Assembly (NCBI GenBank): GCA_041690595.1
Contig: JAWLHB010000007.1
Coordinates: 124,001-188,000, forward strand
DNA length: 64,000 nt
Reading direction: 5' to 3'
Source: Lentisphaeria bacterium
Lineage (GTDB): Bacteria; Verrucomicrobiota; Lentisphaeria; JABSQK01; JAWLHB01
Below, piece by piece: positions 30,840-40,487 of the stretch. Both the position numbers and the translations under genes were made by a program. The stretch's first letter is position 1. Each line of letters begins with the position of its first letter. Below the pieces are notes generated by a model that saw only the letters and a list, made by a program, of their open reading frames with translations, was not told the DNA's origin and ran no database searches.

Positions 30840-33134
30840 ATGAAACAACTATTCTTAGCACTGGTTGTGGGCCTGACGGCAGCCATGGGAATGCCGACTG
30901 TGGCAGCGCCGCTCGATGCGGAGCATTTTTTCGCTGGGGCGGGGGCCGCGGAGATCTGCCGTGAGCAGGCGGGCGAACATCCACGGCTGCTGTCGGCGGA
31001 CATGGGGCTGCCGTCCGGCACTGTCTTCACCTTTCAGCGTGCCATGCTTCCGGCGGGCCGATACCGGCTGGCCGTGCCGGTGAAGCTGCGCGAGATCAAC
31101 TCGCTGAATACCTCGGCACTGGTGTGGCGCCTGGCGGTATCCGGCGGGGCCGAGGCCGAGCGGCACTTCGATATACTGTGGATCGAGCGACCGAACGCCT
31201 ATCAGGCCGTGCCGGTGGACTTTCGGCTTGATAAGGCGGGCAATGTTACCTTTACGTTGAGCTGGCAACGGGTTTCCGTGGACACCAAGGGGACTGGGGT
31301 GCGTACCCGTGTGCAGTCGTCGGAGTTGCCGAAAGTGGGCGAGACCGCCGGAGACGATCTTGATGACCTGCTGGACATTCAGCTCGAGGCGGAGCCGGAA
31401 CTGAGTACCCGCGACTATCTCTATCTGGCCGTTGCGCCGCCGCTCCTCACACACCTTGGTGAGCTTGCCATTTCGTCGCTCGAGGTGGACAAGATCCGCT
31501 ACCGCCCAGGGGAGCGCGCGACGATAGCGCTGAAGGTGCAGAATCTGGCGACGGAGCCTCGGCAGGTGAGTCTGCTTCTCGAGCTGGTGCGCGAACTCGA
31601 CGAGGTCATCGAGGTGAAGCGCGAAGAGATGACGCTGGCGGCTGGGGAGAGTCGCGACCTGACGGCAACGACGGAACCGCTGACGGAACCATGGGGTTAC
31701 GCGGTGCGCGCCCGGCTCCTGGCTGGCGAGGAGCTGTTGGCAGCAGCGGCAGAGTACTTCACGGTGCATGAGAACATGTGGGCGATCATGATGGCGGGGC
31801 GAGGCGCGTCGCAATTCACGGCGCATGTCGATCTGGATCGCGCCGTCGCGTCGGCCAGGACCAATCAGCGACGCTATCGGAACTGGGTGGAATCCGGTTT
31901 CTGGGCGCCGGACGAGTTTGGCGACTTCACGCCGGATACGGAGCACTGGTGGGGCGGGCAAGGGTGCTACTATGGATCCATAACCGGCACCCGGCTGATG
32001 ATCGAAGAGGGGCACAAGCGTGGGCTCTCCTACGCCGTCTACTCCAATATCTGGGGCGGCGATGGACCACCTGCCTTCGAGATGGTTCGGCGCAAGCCGG
32101 ACTGGGGTTATCCCTCAACCTTCAATACGGAATGGTTCGAGCGTTGGGATCGCAACACGATGGGCACAGGGAAGCCGGGACCTGGCATGCACGTGTGGCC
32201 GTACACCATCATCAACAGCGACAATCCCGAGCCGTTCCGGCACCATGGCCGCGAATTGATCGCGACGCATCGGATGTTCGGCTGGGACGCCGTGCGCTAC
32301 GACTCCCACGGTATCGACGACATCACGGCTCGGAGCACGGAGTATGGGCGCGAGGTGGTGCGTCAGGAACTCGCGCCAAACGAGTTTCAATACGGGTACA
32401 ACTCGTCGGTGCCGCATGGTGACCCATCGAAGCTGGCAGCATTTCAGGCCGAATGCCGGGACGAAGGGCTGATCATGGAGGAAGGAATCCGCGGCTATGG
32501 CGAAAACCAGCAGAGCTATGAAGCGTTTGCGCGACGCATCCTGGATTACAAGGAAGAGGCGCGTCGCCATGGTGGACACTTCACGGCGATCGGGATGGAC
32601 AAGTACTTCAAGAACGATCTGCTCTACCAGTACATTTTCTGGTTCGCCGGCAACACGCACATGTGCTACGACTGGGAAGATGTGTCGGTAGCCGATTATG
32701 CGCAATTCGCCACGCGCCATGCAGGGCTGATCTGGGATCATGCGGTGACGACCGTGCCGGACGCGGCAAAGTGGATCGACTACGGGGCGGCCGCCGAGAT
32801 GCTCTGGCTATGGCCCGAGTACGTTCACCAGCGACAGGTGGGCGAGGCGGGACGTCAGCTCATCCTGCACCTGATCAACAAGCCCGCGGAGAGCGTCCTC
32901 TACACGCACGATGACTGCAAGCTGCCGTTGCCGCTCGAAAGCATACCCGTGACGGTGACACTGCCGAACGGCGCTCAGGTCAAGGATGTCTGGTTGTTGA
33001 CCGCCGAATATGATTTGAGCCAGACACGCCTGCCTGCCGAGCGCGACGGCGATCTCCTGCACTTCACCGTACCGCGGCTGCGCTTCTGGAGCACGGCGGT
33101 CATCGAATTGAGCAACTGCCCACCCTTCGAGTAA
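30840..33134 (+). CDS. Exported GH66-like glycoside hydrolase
   Basis: Signal peptide, Ig-like DKIRYRPGE, FGWDAVRYD, LILHLIN, C-terminal FTVPRLRFWS. Confidence 0.6.
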   Translation: MKQLFLALVVGLTAAMGMPTVAAPLDAEHFFAGAGAAEICREQAGEHPRLLSADMGLPSGTVFTFQRAMLPAGRYRLAVPVKLREINSLNTSALVWRLAVSGGAEAERHFDILWIERPNAYQAVPVDFRLDKAGNVTFTLSWQRVSVDTKGTGVRTRVQSSELPKVGETAGDDLDDLLDIQLEAEPELSTRDYLYLAVAPPLLTHLGELAISSLEVDKIRYRPGERATIALKVQNLATEPRQVSLLLELVRELDEVIEVKREEMTLAAGESRDLTATTEPLTEPWGYAVRARLLAGEELLAAAAEYFTVHENMWAIMMAGRGASQFTAHVDLDRAVASARTNQRRYRNWVESGFWAPDEFGDFTPDTEHWWGGQGCYYGSITGTRLMIEEGHKRGLSYAVYSNIWGGDGPPAFEMVRRKPDWGYPSTFNTEWFERWDRNTMGTGKPGPGMHVWPYTIINSDNPEPFRHHGRELIATHRMFGWDAVRYDSHGIDDITARSTEYGREVVRQELAPNEFQYGYNSSVPHGDPSKLAAFQAECRDEGLIMEEGIRGYGENQQSYEAFARRILDYKEEARRHGGHFTAIGMDKYFKNDLLYQYIFWFAGNTHMCYDWEDVSVADYAQFATRHAGLIWDHAVTTVPDAAKWIDYGAAAEMLWLWPEYVHQRQVGEAGRQLILHLINKPAESVLYTHDDCKLPLPLESIPVTVTLPNGAQVKDVWLLTAEYDLSQTRLPAERDGDLLHFTVPRLRFWSTAVIELSNCPPFE

Positions 33135-33136
33135 TC

Positions 33137-35587
33137 ATGCGACATAGTCTGCTTCTCGGCTTCTTGATGGTTCTCGGTGTGGCAGGGGGCGAACCCCTCC
33201 CGGTGGTGATCGTGCAGCATCCGCGCGACGCGGTCGCCAGTCACACGGGCCCGCGCTTCGTGGTGGCGGATGCCGAGGCGCGGCATGGCACAGCGCAGGC
33301 TGGACTGCTGGGGAAGTCAAAAGTCGGGGCCAACATCAGTTCGTTCTATGGCTACGCACGGCCGGGCGCCGTCTACGAATTCACCTGGCGGGTCAAGGTG
33401 GATGACAACAGCAGCGATGCGCTGGTCTTTCGTGCGTTCGCTTACGACGAAAGTCGCCGCCATCTCTACAAGCCGGGATCGGTGGAGGTGAAGGGGACGG
33501 ATTTTGCGGCGCCCGGCGTTTATCAGGAGTTCAGCTTCCTGGCGGAGAAAGGCGAGGCGGGCTTCTTCGGGGTGCAGTCGACCTGGCATGGCGAGACCAA
33601 TGTCTACCTGGACTCCGTGACCTTTCGATCGGTGAACTTCTTCAGCGAGAAGGAGATGCTGGATCGGGAAGGTGCGTTGGAGTTGCCGGCGGCGTGGCGT
33701 CTGCCGGTGCGGAACCCCTTGCGGCTCCACCTGGCGAAAGGGCTCTGGTGGGAGTTCTTCCGCCTTTCGGAGGCGATGGCCTGGCGCCGTGGAGGACGGT
33801 TGCAATCGAGCTACGTGGAGCATGGCCAGTGGGGCTCCAGCCTCCGGGGCCTGGAGCCGACGGCTGAAGCCTTCATGGGTTACAATGTCATCGTGCTGGC
33901 GAATGTCGACGCGGAAGCGCTGGGACCGCGGCGGCGCCTTCTGTTGCGTCATTACGTGGAGAACGGCGGCGTGCTGTTGGTTCTGGGCGGCCTTCATGCG
34001 CTGACGGCCGGCCGCTATGCCGGCAGTGCGCTGGATGACCTGTTGCCATGTACCTTTGCCGGCGACGATCGGCAGCATGCGGCCGAAGGGCTGGTGATCG
34101 CTCCGACCGAGGCGGGCAGGACTCGGTTGCCGGAGCTTGCCTGGGAGTTGCGCCCGCGAACCTTCTACTATCATCGCGTCGAGGCGAAGCCGGATGCTAC
34201 GGTGCTGCTGACGGCGGGCGATACGCCACTCCTGCTGACGCATCCGGTGGGACGAGGGCAGGTGGCCTTCTGGGCAGGCACCGTGGAAGGGGACCCGGCC
34301 GACGGGCAGCTGGCGTTCTGGGATTGGGGCGGCATGCCGGCCTGCATCAGCGGCTTGCTCGACCGGCTGACCGCCCACCAGGAAGAACCGGATGCCGTCT
34401 TCGATCCGAAAACGGATGGCGCGGCCATCGATCGGCTGACGACTCTGGCACTGGAGAAGGATGCGGATGAGCAGGCCGCGACGATCATCGAGCAGCTGGC
34501 GGCGCGCTGCCACAATCCGGAATTCGCGCGAGAGTTGGCGGAAGGGCTCAATGTCTCGGATGTGTCGCTGAGCCGGGCGGCGGTGGATAATCTGGCCACC
34601 AGGCTGGAGCCTCACGTCGATGCGAGTTGGGCGGAGCTGCTGAAGCAGTATACGGCGTCGGCGACGCCGGGCAAGGTGGCGCTGGGATTGAGGCTGCTCG
34701 GGGCGGCCGGCGTAGAGGGCGCGGGCACCGTGCTGGCGCAGCGATTGACCTTGAGCGGGGGCGCTGAAGTCTTCGGGGCGGAGAGTATTGGAGCGGCGGA
34801 ACGGATCGTCCTCGGTGCGATTCAGGGGCTTGGCAACCTTGGCGATACGCAGTACCTGGGCGCGGTCACGGCTATCGCGGAGACCCTGCGCCGGCAGTTG
34901 CCGGCCGACGGTGATACCAGCGTCATTGGCGACCTGAAGGCCGAGGCATGGCAGCAGGCCGTCGTTACCCGCGTCAAGCTTGGGGATCATGATACTGGTG
35001 GTATCCTGCTGGACATCCTGCTCGAGAACACACTTGCGATCGAGCAGTACCAGAACTACCTGGATACCGTTCTGCAGAACAAGGATGACATCGCGTTGAT
35101 CCAGGGCAAGAAGCGGGCGCAGGTGCGGCTGCCGGTCCTGCGCCAGAGGCAGCGTTCGCTGCTCCATGCCGTGAGTTCGATGCCAGCCTCCGTCTGGCCT
35201 GTCCTGGCGGCGACTTTTGCCGAGCGGGACGATACCGTTCTGCTGCCCTTTGCCTACGCGATCTTCGGTGCCCGCCTCGATCCGGCAACGGATACCGCGG
35301 CCTTGAGGGGAGTGCTTCCCCTGATCCACGACAACCGCCACGCCGAATACCGGCTCCTGGGCTGTCGCATTCTGCGGGCGGCTGGAAGTGTCGAAGCCGA
35401 CGAGCTGCTGGTGGCCGCGTTTGCCGAGCTTGCCGCTTCGGAGGCGGAGGCGGATCAGCTTTTTGCGGTGCGTTACAGCACGCTGTTGGCCGAGGCGCGG
35501 CGGGTGGGGATAGCGAAGCAGGTTGCGCAGAGCCCGCATCCGGAAGTGCAACGTCTGGCAAAGAGCATGGGCTGGGGGACGAAATGA
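33137..35587 (+). CDS. Exported protein with CBM-like, glutamine-amidotransferase-like (DUF1355) and helical-repeat regions
   Basis: Signal peptide, YNVIVLANV, YVENGGVLLVLGG, VGRGQV; helical C-terminal half. Confidence 0.65.
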   Translation: MRHSLLLGFLMVLGVAGGEPLPVVIVQHPRDAVASHTGPRFVVADAEARHGTAQAGLLGKSKVGANISSFYGYARPGAVYEFTWRVKVDDNSSDALVFRAFAYDESRRHLYKPGSVEVKGTDFAAPGVYQEFSFLAEKGEAGFFGVQSTWHGETNVYLDSVTFRSVNFFSEKEMLDREGALELPAAWRLPVRNPLRLHLAKGLWWEFFRLSEAMAWRRGGRLQSSYVEHGQWGSSLRGLEPTAEAFMGYNVIVLANVDAEALGPRRRLLLRHYVENGGVLLVLGGLHALTAGRYAGSALDDLLPCTFAGDDRQHAAEGLVIAPTEAGRTRLPELAWELRPRTFYYHRVEAKPDATVLLTAGDTPLLLTHPVGRGQVAFWAGTVEGDPADGQLAFWDWGGMPACISGLLDRLTAHQEEPDAVFDPKTDGAAIDRLTTLALEKDADEQAATIIEQLAARCHNPEFARELAEGLNVSDVSLSRAAVDNLATRLEPHVDASWAELLKQYTASATPGKVALGLRLLGAAGVEGAGTVLAQRLTLSGGAEVFGAESIGAAERIVLGAIQGLGNLGDTQYLGAVTAIAETLRRQLPADGDTSVIGDLKAEAWQQAVVTRVKLGDHDTGGILLDILLENTLAIEQYQNYLDTVLQNKDDIALIQGKKRAQVRLPVLRQRQRSLLHAVSSMPASVWPVLAATFAERDDTVLLPFAYAIFGARLDPATDTAALRGVLPLIHDNRHAEYRLLGCRILRAAGSVEADELLVAAFAELAASEAEADQLFAVRYSTLLAEARRVGIAKQVAQSPHPEVQRLAKSMGWGTK

Positions 35588-36861
35588 GAAGGATTCGGTT
35601 GAGCAATCGCGGTGGCGATCGGGCGACGGCGTATGTGATGAGCAACAAGGTCGTCTGGTTGCCGGAAGGGCTTCTCTGCACCTGGCTGGACAGCGACCGC
35701 CGGAATCGGTGGGCACTGGTGGAGCACGGGAGCGGAGAGATCTCGCGGCGCGGCTCTCTGGGCAATGTCTGTCCGGACAATCATTGCGGAGCTGCACTGG
35801 CGCTTGGTAATGGCGAGGTCCATGCCATTGTCGGCGGTCACCACAGCCCACTCCAGCATTATGTTCTGGATTTGGCGGCTGCCGAGTGGCGCCATGTGGT
35901 GACTCTCGACCTGCATGGCACCTATCCAAGCCTGGTGGGGGATGCGCACGGCCGGCTCCACCTTGCCTGCCGCTCGCCGGGCGAACGGTGGACACTCGAC
36001 TATTGCTGTTTCGACCGGGGCCGGTGGGGAGCGTCGCGGCCACTGGTGGTGGCGGAAAAGCGAGGCTATATCTACTGGACCAACGGTTTGACTGTCGCTC
36101 CGGAAGGTGGGATTCACCTCTTGTTCGGGAATACGCGGGTTCTGGCGGATGGGGGGCTGTACCTTGGGGCATCGCATCTTGTGTCGCCGGATGGTGGGGA
36201 GAGCTGGGGGATGCCTGGCCGGGAGGCGCTGCCCCTGCCGGTTTCGGTGCGCGATATGCCCATGATCACGGGCGAGCTGGCCGCGGAGCGCATCCACTCG
36301 CCGGCGGATCAGCAGCGCCATGATATCCCTGGGCCGCGCAATCTGAACTACCAGCAGATCCTGCTCTCCAATCCGGTGGTGGACCGGCACGGTGACGTGC
36401 ACGGGGTGCTGCACAATGGACTGACAGGTACCGCGGAACTGTACAGTCTATCCGGCGACCGCTGGATGTCGCGGCCGTTGACGACGATCGCTCTTGGAGA
36501 TCGACCGGGACGGCTGCACGTGCAGTCGTCCCTTTCCGTGACGGCGACGGATCGGCTGCACCTTGTTCTGATGGTCGAGCCGACGGACGAATGCATCTGG
36601 GGGCCGCTCGGCACGTACATCGTGCGCGTGGTGATGAGAACCGATGGTACGGTGCTGAGGGCGGAGCCGGTCGTGGCGCCCGATCCCAGCTGCGCCCAAT
36701 GGTTGCCGGCGCTGGAACATCCGGTCCGGGGGCCGCTCGATCATGAGCCTGCGCTGCTCTACACCAGGGGTGTGAACGCCGGCGGATTTGACAACAATAC
36801 CAACGACCTGGCGACCGAGGTTTATCTCTGTCCAGGCGACACGGGAGGGGGGGGACGGTGA
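35584..36861 (+). CDS. BNR-4 repeat beta-propeller protein
   Basis: DNHCG, GGHHS, TYP, SPDGGESW Asp-box; ATGA overlap. Confidence 0.75.
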   Translation: MRRIRLSNRGGDRATAYVMSNKVVWLPEGLLCTWLDSDRRNRWALVEHGSGEISRRGSLGNVCPDNHCGAALALGNGEVHAIVGGHHSPLQHYVLDLAAAEWRHVVTLDLHGTYPSLVGDAHGRLHLACRSPGERWTLDYCCFDRGRWGASRPLVVAEKRGYIYWTNGLTVAPEGGIHLLFGNTRVLADGGLYLGASHLVSPDGGESWGMPGREALPLPVSVRDMPMITGELAAERIHSPADQQRHDIPGPRNLNYQQILLSNPVVDRHGDVHGVLHNGLTGTAELYSLSGDRWMSRPLTTIALGDRPGRLHVQSSLSVTATDRLHLVLMVEPTDECIWGPLGTYIVRVVMRTDGTVLRAEPVVAPDPSCAQWLPALEHPVRGPLDHEPALLYTRGVNAGGFDNNTNDLATEVYLCPGDTGGGGR

Positions 36862-38663
36862 GTCATGACATTGCGCGGAGTCAGCAGACGGCGGTGGAGG
36901 AAGTCATTGCATATCTGGAGGCGCGTCTACCCAAGCTGACGCCGCCGGACAGTGCGGAGGAGTGGCTGGCACGCGCGGAGCGGTCGCGACGGGAGCTGCT
37001 GGCGCTGCTGCTCGAAGGACACCCGGAGGAGCTGCTGGAGGCTGTGCCGGCGGTGGAGTGGCAGGAAGTCCTCGAGCCGTCACCGGAGTACCGTATTCAC
37101 AAGCTCTGCTACGAAGGGTATCCGGGGCTGTGGGTTCCGGCCTTGCTCTATGAGCCGACCGCGCTGTCGGGCATGGCGCCGGTCGTTCTCAATGCCGAGG
37201 GGCATCATACCGCGGGCAATGCACTGGCAATGAAGCAGGAGCGCTGCATCAACCTGGCGCGTCGCGGCATTCTGGCCTTGAGTTACGAATTTGTCGGTAT
37301 GGGACAGCTGGTCGGCGGCAACGCACATCACCGTCTGGCGCAGTTGTCCGCCTGCGGCCGCTGTGGCGTCGGGATCTTCTATCTGGTGATGAAACGGGCG
37401 CTCGATATTCTGCTGGCACATCCGGGGGCCGATTCGGGGCGGGTGGCCATGACCGGCTGTTCGGGAGGAGGCTGGCAGACGATGCTGCTGTCGGCGCTGG
37501 ATACGCGGATTACGCAGGCGATACCGGTGGCCGGGCACAGCGCGATCTGGCAGCGCATCCACCATCTATCCGATCTGGGAGACAATGAACAACTGCCCAG
37601 CGACATCTGCACGATTGCCGACTATGACGTGCTGACGGCAATGCTGGCGCCGCGCCCATCACTGCTCATCTTCAACCATTACGATACCTGTTGCTTCGCC
37701 ACCGAACGGGCGGTGCCGGCGACCTATGACCGGGCCAGACCGGTCTACGAGCTGCTTGGCGCAGCGGAGGCGCTGGGCTTGCATGACAGCCTCTATCCAC
37801 GCAGCCACAACTACGACCAGCCCAATCGTGAACAGGCGTATGCCTTTCTGGAAGCCCGGTTCCAGCTCCCGTCGAGGCCGGAGGAGATCCCCTGCGGCGA
37901 CGAGATTATGACTCCGCAGGAGGCGGCGGTGCGGCTTCCCGATGACAACCAGACACTGCTGACCCTGGCGCGGCAGGCCCTGACCACCGCCCGCGGCGTG
38001 CGCCGTCAGTACCGCCAGGAGTCCAACGAGAAGCGCCGTCAGCAGCTGCGTGAGCTGTTGCATCTGCCGGAGCTGTCGGTCGATGCGGTCGAGGAAGATG
38101 GACGCCTGCTGCGCCTTGGCGCATGGACGGTGCCCGTAGGGCGAAGCGGGTCGAAGTCGGCCACGGCGGAGACGCTGATCGTGCTGCATGACAGGGGCAT
38201 CTCCTCGACGCAGGGCCGACGATGGCGCAAGCAGGTGGCGGCTGGTGGCCAGCGGGTGCTGTCGGTGGACATCTTCGGCACGGGCAGTCGGCGGGTTCCC
38301 ACGCAGTACTACCTGGCGTTCGACAGCAGCGGCGAACGTGGACTGGGGTTGCAGGTGGCGCAGGTGCTGGCGCTGCTTCGACACGCAGGGGGGCGATGCG
38401 CGATTGCCGCGGGCGGCTTGACGACGCCGCTGGTGGCGCTGATGGCAGCGGCGGTCGAACCGGAGCTGGTGGCATCACTCACTACCGACATGATCATGCC
38501 AACCCTCGACCAGCTGGTCGAGTGGCCGATCGATTATGCGGACTGCCCCACGCTCTTCTGTCGCAACCTGCTGGCGTATGTGGACGTTGATGATCTGATT
38601 GCGCTGAGCGCACCGGTGCCGATCGCGGATGGCGCGCGACCCCTGTTGCGGAAAAGAACATAA
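36858..38663 (+). CDS. Alpha/beta hydrolase (acetyl xylan esterase-like) with degenerate second domain
   Basis: VPALLYEP, TGCSGGG nucleophile elbow, APRP, HNY; GTGA overlap. Confidence 0.82.
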   Translation: MSHDIARSQQTAVEEVIAYLEARLPKLTPPDSAEEWLARAERSRRELLALLLEGHPEELLEAVPAVEWQEVLEPSPEYRIHKLCYEGYPGLWVPALLYEPTALSGMAPVVLNAEGHHTAGNALAMKQERCINLARRGILALSYEFVGMGQLVGGNAHHRLAQLSACGRCGVGIFYLVMKRALDILLAHPGADSGRVAMTGCSGGGWQTMLLSALDTRITQAIPVAGHSAIWQRIHHLSDLGDNEQLPSDICTIADYDVLTAMLAPRPSLLIFNHYDTCCFATERAVPATYDRARPVYELLGAAEALGLHDSLYPRSHNYDQPNREQAYAFLEARFQLPSRPEEIPCGDEIMTPQEAAVRLPDDNQTLLTLARQALTTARGVRRQYRQESNEKRRQQLRELLHLPELSVDAVEEDGRLLRLGAWTVPVGRSGSKSATAETLIVLHDRGISSTQGRRWRKQVAAGGQRVLSVDIFGTGSRRVPTQYYLAFDSSGERGLGLQVAQVLALLRHAGGRCAIAAGGLTTPLVALMAAAVEPELVASLTTDMIMPTLDQLVEWPIDYADCPTLFCRNLLAYVDVDDLIALSAPVPIADGARPLLRKRT

Positions 38664-38681
38664 AGGAAGGATGGAGTATCC

Positions 38682-39464
38682 ATGTACAGATGGCTACTGG
38701 TGCTGCTCATGTTGGCGGTGACGTTGCGCGGCGAAAACCTGGTGAAGAATGGAGATTTCGAGGACGGGGCCGGCAATCAGCCAGCCGATTGGAGCAGAAT
38801 CGACAACCTGACGGTGACCTGGGAGAAAAGCGGCAATCCTGGGCGTTGCCTGGTCTTCCATCCGGCAGTGACGCAGGCGGCGAAGAAGGCAAATGCCAAG
38901 GGAGAGCCGCTGGAGGGTGACGTTGAAGTCAAGCAGGGCGAAGATGGCCAGTACAGCAGTGTCGGGGCGCACGAGGGGGTATGGGCCTTTGCTTTGCCGA
39001 TCGAGATCAAGGCCGACGACGAATACTTCATCATCGAGGTGGATGTGAAGGGTCCCCGTTCGTCGACACTCTTTCATCCGCAGGTTTTGTTGCGGGGCTT
39101 CCAGCGGGTATCGGCGCGGGAAGCGGGCAAGCATTCGTCCTTCTTCCATGTGCCGCACGAGGGTGGGGTGGCCTTTTTCGAGCAATTCGGCAGCGAGCAG
39201 CGGCCATCGGTGGAAGGCGATTACCTCATGGTCTGGCGAAAAGGGCTCTTCTGCCGCCTGCCGACGAGCGACACTTGGCACCACTTTCGCATGGGCGTGA
39301 AGTTGCCCAAGACAAAGCGCTACCGGCCGGAGGTCATCCTGCTCAAACCGTACGCCATGTGGCCGCTCGGCGATTATCATTTCGACAATCTGGTCTTTCG
39401 TCGCTGTGACAAGGCTGAGTACGAACGCGTCCGCCAGGAAGGTCATTCCGCGGAAGGGTTTTGA
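38682..39464 (+). CDS. Exported protein with CBM-like jelly-roll domain
   Basis: Signal peptide then ENLVKNGDFE...YHFDNL; GGAG RBS. Confidence 0.7.
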   Translation: MYRWLLVLLMLAVTLRGENLVKNGDFEDGAGNQPADWSRIDNLTVTWEKSGNPGRCLVFHPAVTQAAKKANAKGEPLEGDVEVKQGEDGQYSSVGAHEGVWAFALPIEIKADDEYFIIEVDVKGPRSSTLFHPQVLLRGFQRVSAREAGKHSSFFHVPHEGGVAFFEQFGSEQRPSVEGDYLMVWRKGLFCRLPTSDTWHHFRMGVKLPKTKRYRPEVILLKPYAMWPLGDYHFDNLVFRRCDKAEYERVRQEGHSAEGF

Positions 39465-39470
39465 ATCCTG

Positions 39471-39498
39471 TTGCAAGACTTGAAGCCTTCAATATAGT
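39471..39498 (+). promoter_or_regulatory. Sigma70-like promoter with a palindrome in the spacer
   Basis: TTGCAA-16 nt-TATAGT with TTGAAG-C-CTTCAA at 39480-39492. Confidence 0.6.
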
Positions 39499-39580
39499 AC
39501 GCAACATCAGCCGACCGAGCTATTCGACTTGACTCCCGTTGGTCGTCGCGTCGGCGGGAAGCCGGTAAACGCGGGTCAAG

Positions 39581-40441
39581 ATGAACAGACGACAGTTTCA
39601 GGCAGATTCAGCCCAGGCACAACGCCGGGCGGTTGTGTTGGGAGATAGCGGCGATCCGAGCGCGATCGACGAACTGCTTGTGTTGTGTCGGCATCCACGG
39701 CCGTCAGTGCGGCGGAGCGCCGCTTCCGCGCTGGGAAAGCTGGCAGTCGGCGACGCGGTCCGGGTGGCAGTACCCACCCTCTGCGAAATGGTCTACGATC
39801 CGTTCCCGCAGGTCCGGCAGTATGCCTTGTCGGCGCTGGGGAAGATAGGCGACGAGTCGGCGCTGCCAGCATTGCGGGACGCCGCGAACCGGCCTGACGG
39901 CCCTGATTATGTGCTGGCCGCGGCGCTGAATGCCATCGCGCTGGTTGAGAAGGCAATGCAGGTCGTCCGCGAGTCTTCGCCTGTCGCTTGTTCGCGTTGC
40001 GGCCGGCAGGCTACTCCGGAAGAGCGGCAGCTTTCCGAGCGGCAATTCCAGCGTGTGTACTGCGGGTCCTGCTTCGATACTGTCTTTGTCGAGCGCCGCA
40101 ACTTCGACATGAAGGTGCAAAACCAGAAGACGATTTGCACGGCAGACCGTACGGTGGTGCAGTCGCGGGGGGAGAAACGCATCGCGGACTGGCTGCACGC
40201 GCATGGTATCGACTATCGATATGACGACAAGTTCCAGATCATCCAGGGCTATGCGATCCGCCCGGACTTCTATCTGCCGAGGTACGATGTGTATATCGAG
40301 TACTGGGGGCTGGACACCACTGACTACAAAATAGGCATGTTGTTGAAGCAGAAACTCTACCAGCAGGAAACCAAGAGGTTGATTTCGCTCTACCCGCGTG
40401 ACCTTCCGCATCTGGACACTAAACTACGGAGTCTGACGTGA
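39581..40441 (+). CDS. HEAT-repeat / Zn-finger / PD-(D/E)xK-like nuclease fusion
   Basis: VRRSAASALGKL and VRQYALSALGKIG repeats, CSRC..CGSC, SRGEKRIADWL..IRPDFYL..YIEYWG. Confidence 0.8.
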   Translation: MNRRQFQADSAQAQRRAVVLGDSGDPSAIDELLVLCRHPRPSVRRSAASALGKLAVGDAVRVAVPTLCEMVYDPFPQVRQYALSALGKIGDESALPALRDAANRPDGPDYVLAAALNAIALVEKAMQVVRESSPVACSRCGRQATPEERQLSERQFQRVYCGSCFDTVFVERRNFDMKVQNQKTICTADRTVVQSRGEKRIADWLHAHGIDYRYDDKFQIIQGYAIRPDFYLPRYDVYIEYWGLDTTDYKIGMLLKQKLYQQETKRLISLYPRDLPHLDTKLRSLT

Positions 40442-40487
40442 CGAGCACAGCGAGTCCAGTCAGTACTGATACAAGGCCTCATACCCC

